Of a stretch of DNA of 64,000 nucleotides, positions 1 through 12,000 are shown one piece after another. The position numbers and the translations under genes are program-made. Numbering within the stretch: position 1 is the first letter of the stretch; the number at the start of each line of letters is the position of its first letter. The notes beneath the pieces were generated by a model. It searched no databases and was not told the origin of the DNA. It saw only the letters and a list, made by a program, of their open reading frames with translations. The DNA comes from Narcine bancroftii (lineage: Eukaryota). Where the stretch lies: NCBI RefSeq assembly GCF_036971445.1, contig NC_091470.1:187302001-187366000 (forward strand), in the 5' to 3' direction.

Positions 1-493
1 AGTTGAGGAGAAGCAGAGATTACCCTCTAGGATCGTGACCAGAGGGGATCAGCGGCTGAGGGATCGGCAAGGGTGGAGGGCGACTGGGGGTTGGGAGAGC
101 AGCACAGGCCGCAGGCTGCTGGAGGCTGGCTCATGGGAACCAGTTGCTGGCGCCAGGATTTGAGAGGGTGCTGAGGCCAAGCAGGACTCCCCGAAGGGCC
201 TCGGATACTGAGGGCTTCCTGATCGTGTCGGAAGTTTGGATCTGGAGCTTGTGTGAAGCTGCAGAGGCTGGAGGTGAGTCCACAGACACTCAGACTCCAA
301 AAGGACTTTCTTTTACTTCTCTTTCTCTCCTACTGTGTGGGACGCCAGGCGACACTAAATTGCAACACTTTGCCTGCCTCACAATTTTGTGTCATATTAT
401 ATGATCTGTACAATATTTCAATCAAAGAATTTTGAATCTTGAAACCTTGTGACAGGTGAGGTAAACAGGACAAATGCCTTCTCAAATCACTCT

Positions 494-1500
494 TGTTGTG
501 AGCCAGAGGACCCCAAAACCCAGCAGCAATAGATATTCACCAAGACAATTGGTTACTTAAACAAAAGTTGCTTTTAATTATCTTTAAACATGAAAACAGA
601 AGCACACTTTAACTTATCACTATTGATATAACTAACCTAACTAATTCTAAGCGCACGTGTGTGTAATGTGTGTGTGTTCAGAAAAGTTCTCTGGTTCACA
701 GTCCAATCTCACTTCTCATTCCTCCAAGTTCACTGGTTGCAGGTAATTCTTATACTGTGCACAGAATTTAATATGTATAAAGTTCACCAGGCTTTGGTGC
801 TTGAAAGGTAAATGGTTACCGCTCAGGAAGGTTCTTGTCGGTTTAGAGAGAGATTTATTGTTCCAGGACATCCACAACTGATTCCTTTTAAATCAGCCAC
901 TCCAGTGTTTTGCCCCCTCAGAGTTCTCCAGATGATAACATCTTTCTTTCAGGTCATCACAGAGTTCCTTCTTGTTTCTCTTATTCCAAGTGAAACATTA
1001 GACAGCCAGTCCTCTCTTCTTGCATGAACCACAAGGACTTTGACCAGGCTGAACTAAGAACTCACAACACGTCTTCCAAATGGGGTTTTCCACAAGCTTG
1101 CCAGCTTTTCCTGTTTCAGTCCCAGCTGTTGTTGCTGGTTGTAACACTGTAGAAGTGAAGTGTGTGTGTGTCTCTCTCTCTCTCTCTCTGAGAAAAATCT
1201 GTTTGACTCTCTCTGCTTGCAAAACCACATGACCCTCTTAGAACAGCAAGTTCCCCTCCAGACAGAAGGTGGCTTGGACAAGTTCTTGCATCTGTTGCCT
1301 TTTTATAAACAACAATCCATTAGTGAAGTCTCTTGGGCACTCTCCAAACGTTTTGCAAAGGCTCTGAGGCCCCGACATGTCTGGCATGAGCAGAGCTCCA
1401 GTATTTTAAAAAAGATCTGTTTTAAAGTGTTTGTATATGACTTACACTAACAAACCTTTCCCCAATTTATCTCCCAAAAACATATCTATATTCCATCACA
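494..1500. mobile_element. Solo LTR (Gypsy-like), 1007 bp
   Basis: TG...CA termini and 4-bp TSD ctct (490-493, 1501-1504); a related copy starts at about 16000. Confidence 0.75.
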
Positions 1501-1877
1501 CTCTCCACTCAGTTTTCCCAAAATGGAGTTTAAGCAAGAGCAGGATAGTCCACTTGCCTGGAAGCTGTTCCCTCTTCTACATTCCATGCACGAAAACACT
1601 ATCCGAAGTTTTAAAGTAAACTTTGTAACTAAAGGAGAATCCAATTATTTCATGTTCTGAAACCCTATTTAATTCTATGAATAATGCTTTCTGGTTGCAG
1701 TTTCACAATTTAGCAACATGGAAATTCAGGGTTTAGTAAGAAGCTGTGAAAGAAACTTTAAATTCTGCTGAAATTTTATTACACAACACTCCAGCATAGA
1801 AGAGTCAATGTACTTAATCCTAATTTAGTGTCTTCCCACAATATCAAGAAATTTGACTGACGTGTTTTTTTTTTACA

Positions 1878-2070
1878 GGCAGTATGGTTAGTGTAGCAGT
1901 TAGCAGGGTGCTTTTACAGCGCCAGCAAGCTGGGTTGGAATCCGGCACTGACTGTAAGGAGTTTGTATGTTCTCCCTGTGTCTGTGTGGGTTTCCTCTGA
2001 GTGCTCCGGTTTCCTCCCACCCGACAAAATGTAAGGGATTTTAGGTTAATTTGGGTGTAATTAGGCAGGA
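1878..2070 (+). mobile_element. tRNA-derived V-SINE (HE1-like). Further copies at about 2524, 7449, 8400, 8710, 9475 (-), 10875, 11730, 11885 (-), 19920, 27230 (-), 63110 and 63780 (-)
   Basis: A/B-box-like head plus V-domain gtaaggagtttgtatgttctccc...gtgggtttcctc...ccggtttcctcccac. Confidence 0.8.
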
Positions 2071-2932
2071 TGAGAAGGCTGGTCAGCAGCTATACTCTGT
2101 GAGGAGTCTGAGGAGATTCAGCACGTCGCCAAAGACTCACTTAAACTTCTATAGGAGGACCACGAAGGCACCAACTCTCAAGACAAGAATAAACTCCAGA
2201 GGGTGTTAACTCGGCCTGTGGCATCACAGGCACCAGACCTCACTCCGATAAAAGGTGGTGTCTTAAAAACGCAGCCTCTATCCTCAAAAGACCCCCAGCA
2301 TTCAAGCCATGCCCTCTTCACTCTGCTACCATTGGGAAAATGGTACAGGAGCCTGAAGACTCAGCGGTAATCAATGAACCAAAGACAAGGCCTTACTTTT
2401 CTTGCACTGTAATTTTAATTTTTTTTGTCGTAATATTGTAAGATGGGTATAATGTGAATGTTTGTGCTATGTTCATAACAAAATTCTGATTCGACTGACA
2501 TATGTGTTTTTTTTTACAACACAGGCAGTATGGTTAGCACGGTGTTTTTACTGCGCCAGTAACCGGGGTTCAAATCCAGCACTGTCTGTAAAGAGCTTGT
2601 ACATTCTCCCCGTGTTTGCATGGGTTTTCTCCAGGTTCTCCGGTTTCCTCTCACCCTTTGAAACATACCAGGGGGTTGTAGGTTAATTTGGGCGTAAATG
2701 AGCAGGACGGGTTTAAATAGAACCATAGAACAGTATAAAACAGGCCCCTTCGGCCTTCTAGTCTGTCCTGAGCCTTTTTTTGCCTAGTCCCACTGACCTG
2801 CTCCCAGTCTATAGCCTCTGTAATGGCTGGAATCAGCTTCTACTGTGCTACAATGTTTTAATTTGATTTTTTTTAACACACACTTGCAGTAAATGTGAGC
2901 AGGTTGTCAGATACCCACATCATTCCACATAC

Positions 2933-3067
2933 CTGACTGATGCTTCCTCCAAGATGCGACTTCCTTGCCTTATGGACCTCAGGATAGTCCCCTGGAGCCA
3001 GGACACTGGTCTCCATCTCCTCAGCAACGTCTCTGAGTGGTTGGCTGCTCATTTTCATGGCCAATGC
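2933..3067 (-). CDS. EHMT2: EHMT2 extra ARKS exon 3 (135 nt, phase 0-0; ALAMKMSS...EVHKARKSHLGGSISQ)
   Basis: Acceptor ctttgttctgactgacccacag| and donor CAG|GTATGT; 45 codons; ARKS at 2957-2968. Confidence 0.8.
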
Positions 3068-6000
3068 CTGTGGGTCAGTCAGAACAAAGGGTCAGGTGCA
3101 GGGGACAAAGAACAAATGGCGAAAAGCAGAAGTAAGTGAAGGAAACAACAATGTGAGGGAAGGAGGTGGGAGGGAGAGAGAGGAGGAAGGGTTGAGGGCA
3201 GGGATGGGGAGGTGAGAGAAGGAGGAGGGTAGGGAAAGTGGAGAGGAAGGATGGGAGTGAGAGAAGGAAACTAGCTAGCAGCGAGCAACTACATTCTACA
3301 TTCAAGCATGCAACATCAAGGATCACCACAGGGAGGGAAGGAGGTGGGGAGCAAGTGGGTGAGGGAAGGAGGTGGGGAGCAAATGCATGAGGGAAGGAGG
3401 TGGGGAGGACGTGGGTGAGGGAAGGAGGTGGGGAGGACGTGGGTGAGGGAAGGAGGTGGGGAGGACGTGGGTGAGGGAAGGAGGTGGGGAGCAAGTGGGT
3501 GAGGGAAGGAGGTGGGGAGCAAGTGGATGAGGGAAGGTGGTGGGGAGGACGTGGGTGAGGGAAGGAGGTGGGGAGGACGTGGGTGAGGGAAGGAGGTGGG
3601 GAGGACGTGGGTGAGGGAAGGAGGTGGGGAGCAAGTGGGTGAGGGAAGGAGGTGGGGAGCAAGTGGGTGAGGGAAGGAGGTGGGGAGCAAGTGGGTGAGG
3701 GAAGGTGGTGGGGAGCAGGTGGGTGGAGGAAGTGGGTGAGGGAAGGAGGTGGGGAGGAAGTGGGTGAGGGAAGGAGGTGGGGAGGAAGTGGGTGAGGGAA
3801 GGAGGTGGGGAGGAAATGTGTGAGGGAAGTTGGGGAGGAACTGGGTGAGGGAAGGAGGTGGGGAAGAAGTGGGTGAGGGAAGGTGGTAGGGAGAAAGTGG
3901 GTAAGGGAAGGTGGTGGGGTTTGAAGTGGGTGAGGGAAGGAGGTGGGTTGGAAGTGGGTGAGGGAAGGTGGTGAGGAGGAAGTGGGTGAGGGAAGGTGGT
4001 GGAGAGGAAGTGGGTGAGGGAAGGTGGTGAGTGGAGGAAGTGGGTGAGGGAAGGAGGTGGGGAGGAAGTGGGTGAGGGAAGGTGGGGAGGAAGTGGGTGA
4101 GGGAAGGTGGTGGGGAAGAAGTGGGTGAGGGAAGGTGGTGGGGAGGAAGTGGGTGAGGGAAGGTAGTGAGCGGAGGAACTGGGTGAGGGAAGGAGGAGGG
4201 GAGGACGTGGATGAGGGAAGGAGATGGGGAGCAAGTGAGTGAGGGAAGGAGGTGGGGAGCAAGTGAGTGAGGGAAGGAGGTGGGGAGCAAGTGAGTGAGG
4301 GAAGGAGGTGGGGAGCAAGTGGGTGAGGGAAGGTGGTGGGGAGAAGGTGGGTGAGGGAAGGTGGTGGGGAGAAGGTGGGTGAGGGAAGGAGGTGGGGAGG
4401 AAGTGGGTGAGGGAAGGAGGTGGGGAGGAAGTGGGTGAGGGAAGGAGGTGGGGAGGAAGTGGGTGAGGGAAGGAGGTGGGGAGGAAGTGGGTGAGGGAAG
4501 GAGGTGGGGAGGAAATGTGTGAGGGAAGTTGGGGAGGAACTGGGTGAGGGAAGGAGGTGGGGAAGAAGTGGGTGAGGGAAGGTGGTAGGGAGAAAGTGGG
4601 TAAGGGAAGGTGGTGGGGTTTGAAGTGGGTGAGGGAAGGAGGTGGGTTGGAAGTGGGTGAGGGAAGGTGGTGAGGAGGAAGTGGGTGAGGGAAGGTGGTG
4701 GAGAGGAAGTGGGTGAGGGAAGGTGGTGAGCGGAGGAAGTGGGTGAGGGAAGGAGGTGGGAAGTGGGTGAGGGAAGGTGGGGAGGAANNNNNNNNNNNNN
4801 NNNNNNNNNNNNNNNNNNNNNNNNNNNNNNNNNNNNNNNNNNNNNNNNNNNNNNNNNNNNNNNNNNNNNNNNNNNNNNNNNNNNNNNNNNNNNNNNNNNN
4901 NNNNNNNNNNNNNNNNNNNNNNNGAGGAAGTGGGTGAGGGAAGGAGGTGGGGAGGACGTGGGCGAGGGAAGGTGGTGGGGAGGAAGTGGGTGAGGGAAGG
5001 AGGTGGGGTGCGTGAGGGAAGGTGGGGAGGAANNNNNNNNNNNNNNNNNNNNNNNNNNNNNNNNNNNNNNNNNNNNNNNNNNNNNNNNNNNNNNNNNNNN
5101 NNNNNNNNNNNNNNNNNNNNNNNNNNNNNNNNNNNNNNNNNNNNNNNNNNNNNNNNNNNNNNNNNNNNNNNNNNNNNNNNNNNNNNNNNNNNNNNNGAGG
5201 AAGTGGGTGAGGGAAGGTAGTGAGCGGAGGAAGTGGGTGAGGGAAGGAGGTGGGGAGGACGTGGGTGAGGGAAGGTGGTGGGGAGGAAGTGGGTGAGGGA
5301 AAGTGGTGGGGAGGAAGTGGGTGAGGGAAGGTAGTGAGCGGAGGAAGTGGGTGAGGGAAGGAGGTGGGGAGGACGTGGGTGAGGGAAGGTGGTGGGGAGG
5401 AAGTGGGTGAGGGAAAGTGGTGGGGAGGAAGTGGGTGAGGGAAGGTAGTGAGCGGAGGAAGTGGGTGAGGGAAGGAGGTGGGTTGGAAGTGGGTGAGGGA
5501 AGGTGGTGAGGAGGAAGTGGGTGAGGGAAGGTGGTGGAGAGGAANNNNNNNNNNNNNNNNNNNNNNNNNNNNNNNNNNNNNNNNNNNNNNNNNNNNNNNN
5601 NNNNNNNNNNNNNNNNNNNNNNNNNNNNNNNNNNNNNNNNNNNNNNNNNNNNNNNNNNNNNNNNNNNNNNNNNNNNNNNNGAGGAAGTGGGTGAGGGAAG
5701 GAGGTGGGGAGGACGTGGGCGAGGGAAGGTGGTGGGGAGGAAGTGGGTGAGGGAAGGAGGTGGGGTGGGTGAGGGAAGGTGGGGAGGAAGTGGGTGAGGG
5801 AAGGTGGTGGGGAGGAAGTGGGTGAGGGAAGGTGGTGGGGAGGAAGTGGGTGAGGGAAGGTGGTGAGGAGGAAGTGGGTGAGGGAAGGTGGTGGGGAGGA
5901 AGTGGGTGAGGGAAGGTGGTGGGGAGGAAGTGGGTGAGGGAAGGTGGTGGGGAGGAAGTGGGTGAGGGAAGGTAGTGAGCGGAGGAAGTGGGTGAGGGAA

Positions 6001-9000
6001 GGTAGTGAGCGGAGGAAGTGGGTGAGGGAAGGAGGTGGGGAGGACGTGGGTGAGGGAAGGTGGTGGGGAGGAAGTGGGTGAGGGAAAGTGGTGGGGAGGA
6101 AGTGGGTGAGGGAAGGTAGTGAGCGGAGGAAGTGGGTGAGGGAAGGAGGTGGGGAGGAAGTGGGTGAGGGAAGGTGGTGGGGAGGAAGTGGGTGAGGGAA
6201 GGTAGTGAGCGGAGGAAGTGGGTGAGGGAAGGAGGTGGGGAGGACGTGGGTGAGGGAAGATGGTGGGGAGGAAGTGGGTGAGGGAAGGTGGTGGGGAGGA
6301 AGTGGGTGAGGGAAGGTAGTGAGCGGAGGAAGTGGGTGAGGGAAGGAGGTGGGGAGGACGTGGGTGAGGGAAGGTGGTGGGGAGGAAGTGGGTGAGGGAA
6401 GGTGGTGGAGGGGAAGTGGGTGAGGGAGGGAGTCAGGAGGTAAGGAGGAAGCAGATGGGAAGGAAGCAAGTAAGAAGATAAAGGGAATGATATGAAATGG
6501 AGGGTGGTGGTGTGACTAGATAGCAATGGGAAGGTGGATGAGAAGTGAAAGGGAGGAGGGAGCGGAGAGAGGTATGACTGTCAATGGGAGGTGGTGAATG
6601 GGAGGGGGAGGGCAAGGCCTGGAGGAGGAATGATTGAGGGAAGAAAAGAGAGAGCAACCACAATCCGTAGCATCCTCCTCCCACATTCAAACGCAGTGAC
6701 AACCCTCATTCAACACAACTGCAACGGAGCAGAACTCCCTCTGTCACACCACACTTCACCCACCGCGCGCTCGGGGTGGGGGGGGTGTGTGTACCTGACT
6801 AAAGCCCCCTTTCATTATCGACTTCCTGGCTCTGTGGACCTCCTGGTTCTCATCCTGAGGCAGGCCCGTGTGCTCCACCTCTGCAGCCCCTCCTGGGGGC
6901 TGGCTCGCCCGCTCAATGGGCAAGCTGCCCAATTTCTCTGCCAAGCTCTGTTAGGCAAAGAACGGGGGAAGATACTCAGTCACAAACTCACATTCATCAT
7001 GAACACATGTGTGGCTGAGCATGCGCCCAAACTGTACCTCCCTTAACTGTACGATGTAACTCAACATCTTCCTCACACAGTTATTTTTCCTGAGCCATAC
7101 ACAAATGTGCCGAAGAAACTCACAGCAAACATGGTGAGTAAAGGGTAATCAACGTTTTGGGCCTCAAGGTATGAGCAAAACGCAGATGGGTGACTGGGAA
7201 GGGAGAGGAGCACAGGCTCAGAGTTAAGACGTTACAGGTGGGGTAAGGGGCACAGATAGCGGTGACAGATAGGAGGGTAGCTGAGAAGTGATGGGGAAAG
7301 GGTACCCCTCTGATGGGAGAGGGAAGGGGATGGGGAGCTGGTGGGAAAGAGACTGGGGGATAGGGAAAGAAAGAGACTCTCAGGGAAGGGGTTCAATGGA
7401 AACTGTTGATTTTAATGTCAATCTGGTTGGAGAGTGCCCAGAGGGAATAGGTACAGTTGGCACAGCGGTTAATGTAACACCTTTACAGCGATCAGGACCG
7501 GGGTTCGAATCCCACACTGTCTGTAAGGAGTTTGTATGTTCTCCCCGTGTCTGGGTGGGGTTTCCCCAGGGGCTCCAGTTTCCTCCCACCATTTGAAACA
7601 CACTGGGTTAATTGGGCAGAATGGACTTGTGGGCCAAAATGGCCTGTTACCATGTTGTTTCTCCAATTTACAGTTTGGCTTTGCACAAGGCCATGGATGG
7701 ACATGTTGGTGTGGAAATGGTATGTGTTGAACTGAAAGGGTTGGCACCTGAGAGGCAGCGAACTGAGCGAAGATGCTCAACGAAACAATCTCCCAGTCTG
7801 TGTCCGGTCTCAGTGATGTAATTCTGCCCAGATATCTCCAGCTCTCCCTCCTGCATCATCTCCCCAGCCATGCATTGACCCTCCTGTTTCAACACTCTGA
7901 ATTCCCAACCCTTATCTCTGGCGTGGCACAGCTCCATACCTGACTGAAGCTGCCCTTTAATATCGACTTCCTCGCTCTGTGGCCCTCCCGGCTCTCGTCT
8001 TGAGACTGGGCCACGTATTCCACCTCTGCAACAGCACCAGGGGTCTGGCTCACCCACTCGGAGGCGAGGCTCCCCATCTCTGCTGACGTTCTCTGTACAC
8101 AAATGGACAGAAATAGGTGAGATGAAACACGAGGAGGTGAAACAGGGTTCTTGACAACGAAGTGCCTGAGGACCAAGAACTTAAACTCAACCAAGCAGAT
8201 TTCTGCATGCACAACAAAGGCTTGACGAGGCCTCAAGGTTGGAGTCTTCATATGGGTGAGCTGGTGAATGTTAACAGGGTGAGCGGAGGATGTTTGTATA
8301 GAACAGGAAAGTAAGTTGGAGAAAATTAATCTGTGCAGTTAATATACTGATACTCAGAGTACCTCACTGTATTTAACCAGCAGAAATTTGTACCGCCCCT
8401 CAGGGCACTGTGGCCAGATCGGCATGGTGCAACACTGTTACCCACTGCCTGGGTTCGAAACCAGTGCTGTTTTGTCGTTCTCCCTGTGTCTGCGAGGGTT
8501 TTCCCCGGGTGCTCCAGGTTTCTCCCACAATCCAAAACGTACAAGGTTAATTTGGGTGTAATTGGGCGAACGGGTTTAAATAGCCGGAATCGTGCTGCAA
8601 ATATATTTTTTAAAAATTTAAACATTTAATTCCTCCCACCGTTCAAAACATTTGGGGCAGCACGGGCTTGTGGCTCGAAGGGGCCTGTTAGCATGCTGAA
8701 TGTCTCAAGGCCGGTACAATTGGTGTCGCGGTTAACACAACGCCTTTACAGCGCCAGCAGCCAGGACAGGACCGGGGCTCGAATCCCACACCGTTCGCAA
8801 GGAGTTCTCCCCGTGTCTGCTTGGATTTTCTCCGGCGGCTCTGGTTTCCTCCCACCATGTAAAAACGTATCGAGGGTATAGACTAATGGGGTGTAAATTG
8901 CACGGACCTGTAGACCAAAATGGCTGATTAACATGCTGTTATGTCTAAATTTAAATCTTCTCATTCACAGGCTCAGCAGCCAATGAAGAGCTAAATCCCT

Positions 9001-12000
9001 TCTTGTGATGCAGTCACATGGCATGTAACTCCATGCATAGCACCGTGACAATGTATCATCTGTTTCAGTACTGACAATCGGGTACAAGAATCTGATGTTT
9101 AAACCAGGTCATGGCACTCCCTCAGCACTCAACTGGAGTGTCGGATGGAATTTTGCTCCAAATGTTTGGAGTGGGATTTTTCAAGTTAACAAAACCCTTG
9201 CTGTTCCGAGGCCGGTGACTTAGGAGGAGAGCTGGAGTTGTTTTCTTGGAAGAAATGATGTGAGGTGATTTAATTCAAGACTGCAAAATTCTGAGAGGCC
9301 CCTGCGGGGATCAGGAAGGATCCATTTCCCTTTGTAGAGAGGTGTGTGACAAGCAAGACTGCTTTAAATTAATTGACACTATGGGATGGAACTTCCTGCC
9401 TTAAGTCTGCCTCAGGCAGTCCCCTGACAGTCACCGAGTGAAATTTTAAATTAATATTTTAAAAAATTTACTCACACAACACAGCATCAGGCCATTTTGG
9501 CCCACGAGCCCTTACCACTCAATTATACCCAATTGACCTACAACCCCCTCCCTCCCTCCATAGGTTTTGAACAGTGGGAGGAACTCAGAGGATTCAGAGG
9601 AAACCCATATGGGATACGGGGAGAATGTACCAACTCCTTACAGTAGGTGCAGGATTTGGACCCCTGCCCCGATCGCTAGCGCTGTAACAACGTCGTGCTA
9701 AGCACTGCACCAACTGTGCCCCACCCTGTGTTTTCAGTTGATCTGTCCACCAGCTCACAGAACTCTGTGACTCACGCTCCCACCCACCTCTAGCCTCAAC
9801 TGGTGACCACTCTGAGGAGGCAAGTCTCCCTTCCCTGTTCACCCCGTCTGAACCACAAGGATGGGTGCCATTGTGCCTACACATTTACCCTACACTGCCC
9901 GCAGGCGTGGCACACGTGTCGTACCTGAGCAGCGCTGGGCCTGGATATCGATTTCCGCGCCTTGTGGACCCTGGGCTTCTCATCCGGAGCCAAGTTCAGA
10001 GTGGGCGCCGGAGCCGCGGTTGAAGCTGGAGAAGGAGCTGGAGGTGGTGCCGCCTCGTTGCCAGCCCTGCTACTCGGCACGCTCAGCAGCTTCATGGCGA
10101 GGCTCTGGATGGAGCTGGGAGACTTACTGATCCCGGTTAGTGTCATCTTGGCACGGTTGGCCCCCAGAACCTTGCTGGGGGAGGCAGGGAAGGTTTTAGC
10201 AGCATGACCTGTAGGTGACAGGAACCATTAGATCAGAACAGCACAGGAAAAGGACATGTTTACTCCTAATTGGCTCTTTTTGTTCTACTTTCTCCCTCTT
10301 TCCCTGCAATATTTATTCAAGTTTTCACACCAACCCCTTTCAAAAGTTCCTATTAAACCCTCTCAACAGACACAATCACACACATTTACAGTAAAAGTAA
10401 TGAGTGGTATCGAGCAGTAGTTTTCAAACTTTTTCTTTCACTCACATTTCACCTTAAGTAATCCCTATGCTGTCGGTGCTCTGTGATACATAAGGGATTG
10501 CTTAAGGAGGGATGTGAGTGGAAAGAAAAAGTTTGAAAACCATTGTTTTAATCGTCCCTCATTGACTCATTTTGTGCACGGTTTCATCGCTCCAATGAAA
10601 ATGGGCCAATGACCATTTTTCTCAAGTAAAATATTTCAGAAACAATGGGGTCGAGAGCAGTGGTTCTCAACCTTCCCTTCACTCACCGACCACCTTAAGT
10701 AACCCTTCCTAATCAGAGCACCTATGGCATAGGGATTATTTAAGGTGGTTAGTGAGTGGAAAGAAAAAATTTGGAAACCATTGGTATAGAGTGAATTAAA
10801 ACAGGCTTTTAACACTGGGGTTAGGTGAGACAAGAACTAAAAGGTCAAAGTTAAGGGTGAAAGGGAAACATTAGGAGTGGCACAGTTGGCATTGGTCAGT
10901 ACACTTAGGATAATGGTCAGTGACTCAGGTTCAAATCTGGTGCTGTCTGTAAGGAGTTTGTACCTTCTCCCTGTGTCTGCGTGGGTTTTCCCCAGGGGGG
11001 TGGGGGGGGGGTCTCCGGTTTCCTCCCATCCTTCAAAACCTTAGGTCAGTCTGGTGTAATTGGGCGGCAAGGGCCTGTGGGCAGGAAGGGCCGGTTCCCA
11101 TGCTGCATGTCTACATTAAAAAAATTTTTAAATAACCTCGACGCAGAGAGTGGTGGGAGGGTGGGACGAGCTGCCAGATGAAGTGGATGAACTCGGCCTT
11201 AATTTTGTAATTTAAGAAACATATGGATGGGAGGGGTATGGAGGGCTAGGTGCAGGTCAATAGGACCAGGCAGAATAATAGTTCAGCACAGACTAGACGG
11301 CCCAAAGGGTCTGTTTCTGTTCTATGGTTCTACAAGTGGTATCAATGCATGTGACTCCCCACACTCTCCCAACCTCTTGATTAATTAATAGTGGCAGAAT
11401 AAAATCTTCTGTTTTATTTATTTCATTAACAATGTAGTGTAATATTTTGCAATTTCACTGCTTGCAGTAGAGTAAAATATTAAACCCACAAGAAAATGTG
11501 GCCACTTTGAAAAATAAATATTTATTCTGCCTTGTCTAATGCTATTCCATAAATAGACTCGTTAAAGGGCCTTAGTTCTTTCATCCACCCCAAGTCTTTC
11601 ATGGCTTCCAAAAATACCCAGAAATCAGACTTGAGACAGTTATCATTGCACACTGCTTTTCACATAATGCAAGATCCTACACTGCTTCCGGAGAGTGCCC
11701 GAAACTTAAACCCCAGCTACAAGACTTTGGTGGCATGGTTTGCCCAGCGGTTAGTACAATGCTATTACGCTGCTAGTGACCCAGGCTCAATATCGATACT
11801 GTGTGTAAGAATATGTTCTCCCCGTGTCTGCGTGGATTTCCTCTGGGTGCTCTGGTTTAAATTTTAAAATATTTTTTTAATTTGAAATTTAGACATGCAG
11901 CAGATCCTTTTGGCCCACGATTGACCTACGATTCCTGGTAGGTTTTGAAAGGTGGGAGGAAAATGGAGCCCCCAGGGAAAACCCATACAGACGGGGGGGG

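Noticed and set aside
1878-1960. tRNA genes at SINE heads
   Set aside because: Degenerate tRNA-derived heads fused to V-SINE bodies, with no intact cloverleaf.
3075-6526. Long Pro/His/Ser-rich ORFs (up to 1067 aa) on the minus strand
   Set aside because: Translation of a stop-poor minisatellite, open in several frames and spanning N gaps.
9776-9850. Possible extra minus-strand exon with a gtgagtc donor just downstream of exon 4
   Set aside because: Weak acceptor, very short implied intron and no homology.
2957-9960. ARKS peptides as histone H3 genes or pseudogenes
   Set aside because: No flanking H3 sequence (ARTKQT...TGGKAP); the context is G9a VH(K/R)ARK.
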